Part shown: one piece after another, positions 55,206 through 64,000 of the stretch
Layout: the number at the start of each line of letters is the position of its first letter
How positions within the stretch are numbered: the first letter of the stretch is position 1
The notes under the pieces: generated by a model
Told to the model about the DNA's origin: nothing
Database searches by the model: none
Seen by the model: the letters and a program-made list of their open reading frames with translations, nothing else
Source: Candidatus Methylomirabilota bacterium
GTDB lineage: Bacteria; Methylomirabilota; Methylomirabilia; Rokubacteriales; CSP1-6
DNA length: 64,000 nt
Assembly (NCBI GenBank): GCA_035635755.1
Contig: DASQAK010000198.1
Location: forward strand, 12,710 to 76,709
Reading direction: 5' to 3'
Position numbers and translations under genes: made by a program

Positions 55206-57116
55206 ATGCTCGCTCCCGGCCGCGACACCCTCCCCAAGCTCGCGCTCGACAATTCCCAGCGTCTCGCCGCGGCCGTGGCCATCCGCGAGAAGGAGTTCGG
55301 GATCTGGCAGGCACATACGTGGAAGGACTACGTCGAGCACGTGCGGCGCATCGCCCTCGGCCTCGCCAGCCTGGGCTTCCGCCGCGGAGACAAGATCGCC
55401 GTCATCGGCGACAACCGCCCCCAGCTCTACTGGACCATGGTGGCGGCCCAGGCCCTCGGTGGCGTGCCCGTGCCCGTCTATCAGGACGGAATCGCCGCGG
55501 AGATCCACTACGTCATCGATCACTCCGAGTCCCGGATGGTCGTCTGCGAGGACCAGGAGCAGGTCGACAAGATTCTGGAGATGAAGGACAAGCTGCCCCT
55601 CGTCGAGGTCATCGTCTACGACGACCCCAAGGGCATGCGGCACTACGACCATCCGTGGCTGGTGAGCCTGGATCAGGTCCAGGCGCGGGGTGTCGAGTTC
55701 GCCCGCGATCATCCCGGGCACTGGGACGCCGAGGTGGCCAGGGGACTCGCGACGGATCTCGCCATCATCAACTACACGTCGGGGACGACGGGGTTTCCCA
55801 AGGGCGTGATGATCTCCCACGGCGCCCTTCTCGCCACCGCGCGGCAGTTCCTCGAGGTGGAGCCCATGGGCCGGGGCGACGAGATCATGGCCTACCTGCC
55901 CATGGCCTGGATCGGGGACAGCTTCTTCTCTCTCGCCGTGGCCTTCCTCGCGGGCTGCACGGTCAACTGCCCCGAAGACGCCTCCACCGTCCGTCACGAC
56001 TTCCGTGAGATCGGCCCGACCATGACCTTCGCGCCGCCGCGCATCTGGGAGAACATCCTCTCCCAGGCCCAGGTGCGCATCGAGGACGCCAACTGGCTCC
56101 AGCGGCGCCTCGCGGAGCTCTTTCTTCCCCACGGGATGCTCAGGGCGCGTCTCGAGCTCGAGGACAAGCCGGTGTCCATCCGGCTCCGCGCCCTGACCTG
56201 GCTCGGACGCTGGCTCGTCTTCGACCCCCTTCGCGATCAGCTCGGGTTTCGGCGCATCCGCGCGGCCATCACGGGGGGCGCCGCCCTCGGTCCCGAGATG
56301 ATGCAGTTCTTCCGGGCCATCGGTGTCAACCTCAAGCAGCTCTACGGCGCCACCGAGTGCTGCGCGCCGGCCACCCTGCACCGGGACGGTCGAGTCAAGC
56401 TGGAGACCGTGGGCTCGCCGCTGCCCGGCGTCGACATCAAGCTCTCCGATCGGGGCGAGGTGCTCATCCGCACCGAGGGCCTCTTCACGGGCTACTACAA
56501 GAGCCCGGAGCAGACGGCCTCGGCGCTGCGCGATGGGTGGCTCCATACCGGCGATGCCGGCCTCTTCGATCCCGATGGACAGCTCGTCATCATCGATCGC
56601 GTCAAGGACGTGGCCACGCTGGAGGACGGCACGGTGTTCGCCCCCCAGTACATCGAGAACAAGCTCAAGTTCAGCGTCTACATCAAGGAAGCGGTGGCGG
56701 TGGGCCATGCGCGCCCCTATATCGCGGCGATGCTCAACATCGACATGGAGGTCGTGGGCAACTGGGCGGAGCGACGCGGCATCGGCTATACGGGCTATAC
56801 CGACCTTGCCCAGAATCCCGCCACCTATGAGCTGATCCACCAGGAGATCCGTCGCGCCAATGACACCCTGGCGCCCTCGCAGCGCGTCAGGCGCTTTGCC
56901 ATCCTGCACAAGGAGCTGGATCCCGACGACGCCGAGATCACGAGAACCAGGAAGGTCCGTCGCGGGTTCATCAATGAGAAGTATGCGTCCATCATCGCCG
57001 CCCTCTACGACCGAGACGCCACCGCGGTGGCGGTCCGCGCCACCGTGACGTACGAGGACGGGCGGACCTCCGAGATGGAGCGCCACATCCGCATCATGGA
57101 CCTGGAGGGAGCCTAG
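55206..57116 (+). CDS. AMP-dependent acyl-CoA synthetase (long-chain-fatty-acid--CoA ligase family)
   Basis: AMP-binding motif INYTSGTTGFPKGVMISH. ..TGDAGLFDPDGQLVIIDRVKD... The ATG at 55206 is chosen by alignment with the paralog at 62890 (..TLPKL../..TLPRL..); ORF 55158 is an alternative start. Confidence 0.9.
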   Translation: MLAPGRDTLPKLALDNSQRLAAAVAIREKEFGIWQAHTWKDYVEHVRRIALGLASLGFRRGDKIAVIGDNRPQLYWTMVAAQALGGVPVPVYQDGIAAEIHYVIDHSESRMVVCEDQEQVDKILEMKDKLPLVEVIVYDDPKGMRHYDHPWLVSLDQVQARGVEFARDHPGHWDAEVARGLATDLAIINYTSGTTGFPKGVMISHGALLATARQFLEVEPMGRGDEIMAYLPMAWIGDSFFSLAVAFLAGCTVNCPEDASTVRHDFREIGPTMTFAPPRIWENILSQAQVRIEDANWLQRRLAELFLPHGMLRARLELEDKPVSIRLRALTWLGRWLVFDPLRDQLGFRRIRAAITGGAALGPEMMQFFRAIGVNLKQLYGATECCAPATLHRDGRVKLETVGSPLPGVDIKLSDRGEVLIRTEGLFTGYYKSPEQTASALRDGWLHTGDAGLFDPDGQLVIIDRVKDVATLEDGTVFAPQYIENKLKFSVYIKEAVAVGHARPYIAAMLNIDMEVVGNWAERRGIGYTGYTDLAQNPATYELIHQEIRRANDTLAPSQRVRRFAILHKELDPDDAEITRTRKVRRGFINEKYASIIAALYDRDATAVAVRATVTYEDGRTSEMERHIRIMDLEGA

Positions 57117-57944
57117 GTGCCGGGGGCCGTGGCGGAGGAGATCGCGGCTCCGGGCACGATGACGGGCGCGCGCCCGGAGCCACTCCTCCGCGTCGAGGGC
57201 ATCAGCGTTCACTTCGGGGCCGTCCAGGCCCTCAGCGACGTCAGCCTCGACATCCAGCGGGGAGAGGTCGTCGCCATCATCGGGCCCAACGGAGCGGGCA
57301 AGACCACGCTCCTGAACGTCATCAGCGGCTTCTACCATCCCCAGCGGGGCCGCATCATCTTCGACGGCGAGGACCGGACCGACCTCAAGCCGTTCGAAGT
57401 CGCCGAGCTCGGCATTGCGCGCACCTTCCAGAACGTCGCCCTCTTCAAGGGCATGACGGTGCTGGACAATATCATGACGGGGCGGCTCCTCAAGATGCGG
57501 GGACACTTCCTGCTGGACGCCATTTACTGGGGTCCGGCCCGTCGTCAGGAGCTCGCGCACCGGGCCGCCGTCGAGCGCGTCATCGACTTCCTGGAGATCC
57601 AGGCCATTCGCAAGACGCCGGCGGGCCGGCTGCCCTACGGGCTCCAGAAGCGGGTGGAGCTGGCCCGCGCCCTCGCCGCCGAGCCCCAGCTCCTCCTTCT
57701 CGACGAGCCCATGGCCGGGATGAACGTCGAGGAGAAGGAAGACATGTGCCGCTTCGTGCTCGACGTGCACGACGAGTTCGGGACCACCATCGCGCTGATC
57801 GAGCACGACATGAGCGTGGTGATGGATATCTCCGATCGCGTGGTGGTCCTGGACTACGGCCGCAAGATTGCCGAGGGCGTGCCCGATGCCGTGCGCGCCG
57901 ACCCCGCCGTCATCGACGCCTATCTCGGGGTCGCCCATGATTGA
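57117..57944 (+). CDS. ABC ATP-binding protein (LivG family)
   Basis: GPNGAGKTT, ..LPYGLQKRVELARAL.., LLLLDEPMAG, IEHDM. Start GTG 57117 or ATG 57159. Confidence 0.9.
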   Translation: MPGAVAEEIAAPGTMTGARPEPLLRVEGISVHFGAVQALSDVSLDIQRGEVVAIIGPNGAGKTTLLNVISGFYHPQRGRIIFDGEDRTDLKPFEVAELGIARTFQNVALFKGMTVLDNIMTGRLLKMRGHFLLDAIYWGPARRQELAHRAAVERVIDFLEIQAIRKTPAGRLPYGLQKRVELARALAAEPQLLLLDEPMAGMNVEEKEDMCRFVLDVHDEFGTTIALIEHDMSVVMDISDRVVVLDYGRKIAEGVPDAVRADPAVIDAYLGVAHD

Positions 57945-58875
57945 GCTGCTCCGGAGCGTGCTCGTCGCTCCCTTCGCGGACATGGCGGGCAACCTGACCT
58001 TTCTCACCGAGGTGCTCTTCGGCGGTGTCGCGGCCGGGCTCATGTACTCCCTGGTCGCCCTGGGCTTCGTTCTCATCTTCAAGGCCTCGGGCGTGTTCAA
58101 CTTCGCCCAGGGCGTCATGGTCCTCTTCTCGGCCCTCACCCTGGTCGGGCTCATGGAAAAGGGCGTGCCCGTGCCCATCGCGCTTGCCCTGACCCTCCTG
58201 GCCATGGTCGCGCTCGCCTTCGTCATCGAGCGAGTGGTCCTCCGCCCCCTCGTCAACCAGGAGCCGATCATCCTGTTCATGGCGACCATCGGACTCAACT
58301 TCTTTCTGGAGGGCTTCGGCGAGATGGCCTGGGGCGCCAACGTCAAGAAGCTCGACGTGGGCATCCCCGATACATCGTTCATCGTTCACGGAGTCCAGGT
58401 GAACCGGCTCGAGTTGACGGCGGCCTTGACCGCGGCCGTCCTCGTGGGAATCCTGGCCGTCTTCTTCCAGCGGACCAAGATCGGTCGGGCCCTGCGCGCG
58501 GTGGCCGATGATCACGAGGCCGCCCTCAGCATCGGTATCCCCCTCAAGACCATCTGGGTGGTGGTGTGGTCGGTGGCGGGGCTGGTGGCCCTCGTGGCGG
58601 GCATCATGTGGGGGGCGAAGAGCGGCGTGCAGTTCAGCCTCTCCCTCATTGCCCTCAAGTCGCTACCCGTGCTCATCCTGGGCGGCTTCACCTCGGTGCC
58701 GGGAGCTATCGCGGGCGGCCTCATCATCGGCGTCGGCGAGAAGCTCGGCGAGGTGTACTGGGGGCCGCTCGTGGGCGGGGCCATCGAGAACTGGTTCGCC
58801 TATGTCCTGGCCCTGGCCTTCCTCTTGCTTCGCCCGCAGGGACTGTTCGGGGAGAGGATCATCGAAAGGGTCTGA
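57937..58875 (+). CDS. Liv-type ABC permease (LivH family)
   Basis: The ATG at 57937 overlaps the upstream stop. ..ASGVFNFAQGVMVLF.., ..ILGGFTSVPGAIAGG... Confidence 0.9.
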   Translation: MIELLRSVLVAPFADMAGNLTFLTEVLFGGVAAGLMYSLVALGFVLIFKASGVFNFAQGVMVLFSALTLVGLMEKGVPVPIALALTLLAMVALAFVIERVVLRPLVNQEPIILFMATIGLNFFLEGFGEMAWGANVKKLDVGIPDTSFIVHGVQVNRLELTAALTAAVLVGILAVFFQRTKIGRALRAVADDHEAALSIGIPLKTIWVVVWSVAGLVALVAGIMWGAKSGVQFSLSLIALKSLPVLILGGFTSVPGAIAGGLIIGVGEKLGEVYWGPLVGGAIENWFAYVLALAFLLLRPQGLFGERIIERV

Positions 58876-58880
58876 GCGAG

Positions 58881-59957
58881 TTGATCTACCGCGAGACGGG
58901 GCAGTTCAAGAGCAGCTACGCCAGCGACCAGGCGATTTTTCCCATCGTCCAGGATCGCGTGCTCGTGCTGCTCGGCATTGCGGCGGCCTTCGTGGTGCCG
59001 CCCCTCGTGGCCAACGAGTACTGGCTCCAGGCCGTGCTCATCCCGCTCTTGATTTACGCGCTGGCCGCGATCGGTCTGAACCTCCTCACCGGCTATGCGG
59101 GGCAGGTGTCGCTCGGCACGGGTGGCTTCATGGCCGTCGGGGCCTATTCGGCCTTCAAGTTCGCCACGAGCTTTCCCTGGCTCAATATCATCGTCGTCTT
59201 CCTCCTCTCGGGCCTCATCGCGGCCGCCGTCGGCCTCGTCTTCGGCGTGCCCAGCCTCCGGATCAAGGGCTTCTATCTCGCCGTGGCCACCCTGGCCGCC
59301 CAGTTCTTCCTGGTCTGGCTCTTCAACAAGGTGCCGTGGTTCGTCAACTACGCCTCCTCGGGCACCATCACGGCGCCGACCCGGACGCTGCTCGGGGTGA
59401 TGGTCACCGGGCCCCAGGCCTCGGCGGAGGCGCGCTACCTGGTGGCCCTGGGTCTCGTGGCCGTCTTCGCCCTCGTGGCCAAGAACCTCGTGCGGGGACG
59501 GGTGGGACGCTCGTGGATGGCCATCCGCGATCGAGACATCGCCGCCGAGATCATCGGGGTGCGCCCGATGCGCACCAAGCTCCTCGCCTTCGGTATCAGC
59601 TCGTTCTACTGTGGGGTGGCCGGCGCCGAGTTCGTGTTCCTCTACCTGGGCAGCGCGGAGACGCTCGCCTTCGACATCAACCTGTCCTTCCTCGTCCTGT
59701 TCATGGTCATCATCGGGGGACTCGGGAGTGTGCTCGGATCCTTCCTGGGGGCCGGTTTCATCGTGCTCGTGCCGATCTTTCTCACCAATGCCCCCCACCT
59801 GATCGGTCTGCCCCTGCCCGTGGCCCTGCAGAAGCAGATCGAGCTGATGGTGTTCGGAGCGTTGATCATCTTCTTCCTGATCGTCGAACCCAACGGGCTG
59901 GCGCGGCTCTGGCAGATCGCGAAGGAGAAGCTGCGCCTGTGGCCGTTTCCCCACTAG
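58881..59957 (+). CDS. Liv-type ABC permease (LivM family); start uncertain (TTG 58881 or CTG 58872, no in-frame ATG/GTG nearby)
   Basis: ..LIYRETGQFKSSYASDQAIF.., ..LNLLTGYAGQVSLGTGGFMAVGAY... Ends ..LRLWPFPH. Confidence 0.85.
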   Translation: MIYRETGQFKSSYASDQAIFPIVQDRVLVLLGIAAAFVVPPLVANEYWLQAVLIPLLIYALAAIGLNLLTGYAGQVSLGTGGFMAVGAYSAFKFATSFPWLNIIVVFLLSGLIAAAVGLVFGVPSLRIKGFYLAVATLAAQFFLVWLFNKVPWFVNYASSGTITAPTRTLLGVMVTGPQASAEARYLVALGLVAVFALVAKNLVRGRVGRSWMAIRDRDIAAEIIGVRPMRTKLLAFGISSFYCGVAGAEFVFLYLGSAETLAFDINLSFLVLFMVIIGGLGSVLGSFLGAGFIVLVPIFLTNAPHLIGLPLPVALQKQIELMVFGALIIFFLIVEPNGLARLWQIAKEKLRLWPFPH

Positions 59958-59971
59958 CACGGAGGATCGCA

Positions 59972-61294
59972 ATGAAGCGAGTGAGAGTGCCAATGATCGG
60001 TCTCCTGGCCCTGGCCGTGGTGCTGGGGCCGCTGACCGGCGCCGTGTCCGCGCAGTCGCCGGGCATCTTCATTCCGTTGCTCGTGTACCGGACGGGTCCC
60101 TACGCGCCGAGCGGGATCCCCATCGCCAACGGGTTCGTGGACTACTTCACCCTCCTCAACGAGCGGGACGGCGGCGTCAACGGGGTCAAGCTCGTCTGGG
60201 AGGAGTGCGAGACGCAGTACGACACCAAGCAGGGTGTCGAGTGCTACGAGCGCTTGAAGGGCAAGAGCCCCGTCCTCGTGAACCCCTACAGCACGGGCAT
60301 CACGTACCAGCTCATCCCCAAGGCTCCCGTCGACAAGGTCGTGGTCTTCTCCATGGGCTATGGCATGACGGCGGCCGCGGACGGGCGCTGGTTCCCCTGG
60401 GTCTTCAGCTTCCCCACCACGTACTGGAGCCAGGCCTCGGCCGTCATCCGCTACATGGGCCAGCAGGAGGGGGGGCTGGAGAAGCTCAAGGGCAAGAAAA
60501 TCGTCCACATCTTTCACAACAGCCCCTACGGCAAGGAAGCCAACCCCACCCTCGAGGAGCTGGCCAGGAAGTACGGCTTCGAGCTGACCCTCCTGGCCGT
60601 GGACCATCCCGGACAGGAGCAGAAGGCGACGTGGCTGCAGGTCCGCCGGCTCAACCCCGACTGGATCTTCATGTCGGGCTGGGGGGTGATGAACCAGGTC
60701 GCGGTCAAGGAAGCCGTGGTCACCGGCATCAAGATGGACCACTTCATCGGCAACTGGTGGTCGGCCAACGACTCCGACGTGGTGCCCGCAGGCGAGGGCG
60801 CCAAGGGCTACAAGGGCGCGACTTTCCATGCGCCGGGCACCAACTTCAAGACCTTCCAGGAGATCGTCAAGAACGTGTACGACAAGGGGAAGGGCGCGGG
60901 GAAGAAGGAGGAGATGGGCGCGCCCCTCTACAACCGCGGCATCGTCAACGCCATGCTCGCCGCCGAGGCCATCCGTACGGCCATGGGGAAGTACGGCAAC
61001 AAGGTGCTGACGAGCGAGCAGGTGCGCTGGGGGTTCGAAAACCTGAACCTGACCGAGGCGCGCCTCGATCAGATGGGGATGAAGGGCTTCACCCACCCGA
61101 TCAAGGTCACCTGCGAGGACCACGAGGGCAACGGCCCCGTGCTGATCCAGCAGTGGGACGGCAAGAAGTGGAGCATCGTCTCCGAGTGGCTCGCCCCCAT
61201 GCGCGACGTGGTGCGGCCGAAGCTCGAGGCATCCGCCGTGGAAGAGGGGAAGAAGCTGAATTACACTCAGCGCGATTGCGCCAAGGAGAAGTAG
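59972..61294 (+). CDS. Periplasmic substrate-binding protein of the acyl-CoA-synthetase-linked ABC transporter
   Basis: GGAGGA precedes the ATG. Signal peptide MKRVRVPMIGLLALAVVLGPLTGAVSA. 440 aa with Peripla_BP_6-like composition. Confidence 0.88.
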   Translation: MKRVRVPMIGLLALAVVLGPLTGAVSAQSPGIFIPLLVYRTGPYAPSGIPIANGFVDYFTLLNERDGGVNGVKLVWEECETQYDTKQGVECYERLKGKSPVLVNPYSTGITYQLIPKAPVDKVVVFSMGYGMTAAADGRWFPWVFSFPTTYWSQASAVIRYMGQQEGGLEKLKGKKIVHIFHNSPYGKEANPTLEELARKYGFELTLLAVDHPGQEQKATWLQVRRLNPDWIFMSGWGVMNQVAVKEAVVTGIKMDHFIGNWWSANDSDVVPAGEGAKGYKGATFHAPGTNFKTFQEIVKNVYDKGKGAGKKEEMGAPLYNRGIVNAMLAAEAIRTAMGKYGNKVLTSEQVRWGFENLNLTEARLDQMGMKGFTHPIKVTCEDHEGNGPVLIQQWDGKKWSIVSEWLAPMRDVVRPKLEASAVEEGKKLNYTQRDCAKEK

Positions 61295-61314
61295 CCGTCA
61301 TCGGCACACGCGAC

Positions 61315-62118
61315 ATGGCCCGACCGCTGCTCTCGGTCAACAACGTTGAGGTGATCTACGATCACGTCATCCTCGTGTTGAAGGGGGTGTCGCTCGCCGT
61401 CCCCGAGGGGGGCATCGTTGCCCTCCTCGGGGCCAACGGTGCCGGCAAGAGCACGACCCTCAAGGCCATCTCGGGACTTCTGCGGACGGAAAGGGGAGAC
61501 GTGAGCAAGGGCAGCATCGAGTTTCTCGGGGAGTCCATCAAGCGAAAGGATCCGTCGGAGGTCGTCCGGCGCGGCATCGTGCAGGTGATGGAAGGCCGGC
61601 ACGTGTTCGAGCACCTGACCGTGGAGGAGAACCTCTTGACGGGCGCCTACACCCGTGACGGGCGCTCGCTCAAGCGGGATCTCGAGAGGGTCTACCAGTA
61701 CTTCCCGCGCCTCCGCGAGCGGCGCGGGGTCCGGGCGGGCTACGTCTCCGGAGGCGAGCAACAGATGGTGGCCATCGGGCGGGCCCTCATGGCCCACCCC
61801 AAGCTCATGCTCCTGGACGAGCCGTCCATGGGCCTCGCTCCCATGCTCGTGCAGGAGATCTTCGAGATCGTGAGCCGCTTGAACCACGAGGAGGGCGTGG
61901 CCGTGCTCCTCGCCGAGCAGAACGCGTCCATCGCCCTCCGCTTCGCCGACTACGCGTACGTGATGGAGAACGGCCGGGTCGTGCTCGACGGTGACCGGAA
62001 GACCATCAGCGAGAACGAGGACATCAAGGAGTTCTACCTGGGCCTCTCGGGCGTGGGGCAGCGCAAGAGCTACCGGAACGCCAAGCACTACAAGCGTCGC
62101 AAGCGGTGGTTGTCGTGA
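61315..62118 (+). CDS. ABC ATP-binding protein (LivF family) with basic C-terminal tail
   Basis: GANGAGKST, VSGGEQQM, LMLLDEPS. C-terminal tail ..QRKSYRNAKHYKRRKRWLS. Confidence 0.9.
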   Translation: MARPLLSVNNVEVIYDHVILVLKGVSLAVPEGGIVALLGANGAGKSTTLKAISGLLRTERGDVSKGSIEFLGESIKRKDPSEVVRRGIVQVMEGRHVFEHLTVEENLLTGAYTRDGRSLKRDLERVYQYFPRLRERRGVRAGYVSGGEQQMVAIGRALMAHPKLMLLDEPSMGLAPMLVQEIFEIVSRLNHEEGVAVLLAEQNASIALRFADYAYVMENGRVVLDGDRKTISENEDIKEFYLGLSGVGQRKSYRNAKHYKRRKRWLS

Positions 62119-62909
62119 GCGACCAGCTCAGCATCGCCGAGGTGTCCAAGTCGTTCGGCGGCGTCCAGGCCGTGACCCGGGTGAGCCTGGACGTGCGGCA
62201 GGGCGAGATCATGTCCGTCATCGGCCCCAATGGCGCGGGCAAGACCACCCTCCTCAACATGATCAGCGGCTTCTACCATCCAGACACCGGACGCATCCTG
62301 CTCGAGGGGGCTGACATCACCCACGACAAGCCGAGCCACGTGGCCGAGCTGGGCGTGGCGCGCACCTTCCAGAACATCGCGCTGTTCCGCGGGATGACCG
62401 TGCTCGACAACCTCATGCTTGGTCGACATGTCCGAATGAAGTCGGGTGTCATCGCGTCCTTCATCTACTGGGGGATGGCCCAGCGGGAGGAAGTTGCCCA
62501 CCGGCGTCGGGTCGAGGACATCATCGACTTCCTGAAGATCCAGGACCTGCGTCGCCGCCCCTGCGGCTCCCTGGCCTACGGGCTGCAGAAGCGCGTGGAG
62601 CTCGGGCGCGCCCTCGCCCTCGACCCCAAGGTCCTGCTCCTGGATGAGCCCATGGGCGGCTGCAACCACGAGGAGAAGGAAGACATGGCCCGCTTCGTGC
62701 TCGACGTCAACCAGGAATGGGGCACGACCATCATCTTGATCGAGCACGACATGGGGGTCGTGATGGACATCTCGGACCGGGTGGCCGTGCTCGACATGGG
62801 GCAGAAGATCGCCGAGGGAACGCCGGACAATGTCCGTTCGAACCCCCAGGTCATCAAGGCATATCTCGGAGACACCAAGGGCGTAACCAATGGAGGGACA
62901 CGTGGCTGA
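62106..62909 (+). CDS. ABC ATP-binding protein (LivG family), paralog of 57117-57944
   Basis: GPNGAGKTT, ..LAYGLQKRVELGRAL.., LLLLDEPMGG, IEHDM. It overlaps the upstream stop; start GTG 62106 or 62115. Confidence 0.9.
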   Translation: MVVVSDQLSIAEVSKSFGGVQAVTRVSLDVRQGEIMSVIGPNGAGKTTLLNMISGFYHPDTGRILLEGADITHDKPSHVAELGVARTFQNIALFRGMTVLDNLMLGRHVRMKSGVIASFIYWGMAQREEVAHRRRVEDIIDFLKIQDLRRRPCGSLAYGLQKRVELGRALALDPKVLLLDEPMGGCNHEEKEDMARFVLDVNQEWGTTIILIEHDMGVVMDISDRVAVLDMGQKIAEGTPDNVRSNPQVIKAYLGDTKGVTNGGTRG

Positions 62910-64000
62910 CCTGACGACGCTTCCGCGCTTGCTCCAGCGCAACGCACGGGATCTGGGAGACCGTCCGGCCATCCGCGAGAAGGACCGCGGGATCTGGCAG
63001 TCCTGGACGTGGCGCGAGTACGAGGAGCAGGTGCGGGACTTCGCGCTGGGCCTGGCCGCTCTCGGGTTCGCCCGCGGCGACCGGCTCTCCGTGATCGGCG
63101 ACAACCGGCCGCGCCTGTACTGGGCGCAGGTCGCCGCGCAATGCCTGGGCGGCGTGCCCGTGCCCGTCTACCAGGACTCCATCGCCAAGGAGCTCGCCTA
63201 CGTCTGGAACCACGCCGAGGTGAGCGTGATCGTGGCCGAGGATCAGGAGCAGGTCGACAAGATTGTCGCGCTGAAGGCAGAGCTGCCCGCCCTGCGCCTC
63301 GTGATCTACGACGATCCACGCGGCCTGAGCGGGTCCAAGTACGAGTGGCTCAAGTCCTATCAGAATGTCCAGGAGGCGGGGCGGAAGTTCGGAGTCGAGC
63401 ATCCCGGCTACTTCGAGGCCGAGATCGACAAGGGCAAGGCCGAGGACGTCGTCATCATCTGCTACACGTCCGGCACCACCGGCAACCCCAAGGGCGCCAT
63501 GCTCACCAACGCCAACGCCATCGGCGTGGCGGAGAGCTTTCGCCGGGAGGCAAGGCTGGCCCCGGAGGACACGTCGCTCGCCTATCTCCCCATGGCGTGG
63601 GCGGGCGACTCCGTGTACACGCTCTTCGCCAGCTTGATCGTCGGATTCTGCGCCAATTGCCCCGAGAGCCCCGAGACCGTCCAGCGCGATCTCCGGGAGC
63701 TGGGGCCCTCGACCATCCTGGCTCCACCGCGCATCTGGGAAAACATGCTCACGGCGGTCCAGGTCCGGGCCGCCGACGCCACGCCCCTCAAGCGCCGGAC
63801 CTTCGAGTATTTCCGCGGAGCGGCCGAGCGGGCCGAGATCCTCCGCGCCGACGGCAAACCCATCCCGGCGGGCCTTCGCCTCGCCACGGCCCTCGGCGAG
63901 TTCTTCGTCTACCGTCCCGTCCGCGACCAGCTCGGCCTTCGCCAGGCCAAGTGGGCGCTCACCGGGGGTGCGCCGCTCGGGCCCGACACCTTCCGGTTCT
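62890..64000 (+). CDS. AMP-dependent acyl-CoA synthetase, paralog of 55206-57116; 3' end runs off the window
   Basis: This ORF is not in the supplied ORF track because it has no stop inside the window. My own translation from the ATG at 62890 gives MEGHVADLTTLPRLLQRNARDLGDRPAIREKDRGIWQSWTW...ICYTSGTTGNPKGAML...APPRIWENM...LTGGAPLGPDTFRF. The frame is open to nt 64000. Confidence 0.88.
   Translation, partial: MEGHVADLTTLPRLLQRNARDLGDRPAIREKDRGIWQSWTWREYEEQVRDFALGLAALGFARGDRLSVIGDNRPRLYWAQVAAQCLGGVPVPVYQDSIAKELAYVWNHAEVSVIVAEDQEQVDKIVALKAELPALRLVIYDDPRGLSGSKYEWLKSYQNVQEAGRKFGVEHPGYFEAEIDKGKAEDVVIICYTSGTTGNPKGAMLTNANAIGVAESFRREARLAPEDTSLAYLPMAWAGDSVYTLFASLIVGFCANCPESPETVQRDLRELGPSTILAPPRIWENMLTAVQVRAADATPLKRRTFEYFRGAAERAEILRADGKPIPAGLRLATALGEFFVYRPVRDQLGLRQAKWALTGGAPLGPDTFRF

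Overview
Very GC-rich bacterial chromosomal segment; third codon positions are almost all G/C, so long antisense 'shadow' ORFs are common and were ignored. An outer-membrane beta-barrel, lipoproteins and Sec/Tat signal peptides indicate a diderm organism. Nearly all real genes are on the + strand and tightly packed. All family calls come from motifs read by eye; no database search was possible.

Layout:
(1) 1-5249: a response-regulator/PP2C phosphatase cut by the window edge, a CMD/AhpD-family gene interrupted by an in-frame UGA exactly at its CxxC cysteine, two small minus-strand genes, glmS, and an RsbW-like kinase plus RsbV-like STAS pair.
(2) 5240-18193: a complete, syntenic pelABCDEFG-type exopolysaccharide locus. 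PelA and PelB are each split into two separately secreted proteins. The locus is linked by start/stop overlaps to glmS and the partner-switching pair upstream. I consider this the most interesting candidate system in the window.
(3) 18190-22504: an ABC importer with no binding protein and an embedded MFS gene, then a rhodanese.
(4) 22798-48584: an acyl-CoA / branched-chain catabolic island. It holds 2 crotonases, hbd, 3 acyl-CoA dehydrogenases, etfBA, ilvE, a split B12 acyl-CoA mutase with the isobutyryl-CoA mutase residue signature, and a truncated thiolase. It is interrupted by a livHMGF set, a 2060-aa hybrid histidine kinase with eight tandem GAF domains, an orphan trpD and a GntR regulator.
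(5) 49917-64000: Liv-type ABC importer modules, two of them associated with paralogous acyl-CoA synthetase genes.

Two dispersed intergenic repeat families occupy the spacers of the catabolic island and the pelF-pelG spacer. One is a purine-rich, strand-specific 'TTCGAGCYGAG...GAGGCGAGGGCTGAG' unit; the other is a roughly 100-bp palindromic AAGGSCC...GGSCCTT element. No CRISPR array, tRNA/rRNA gene, transposase or integrase was found.
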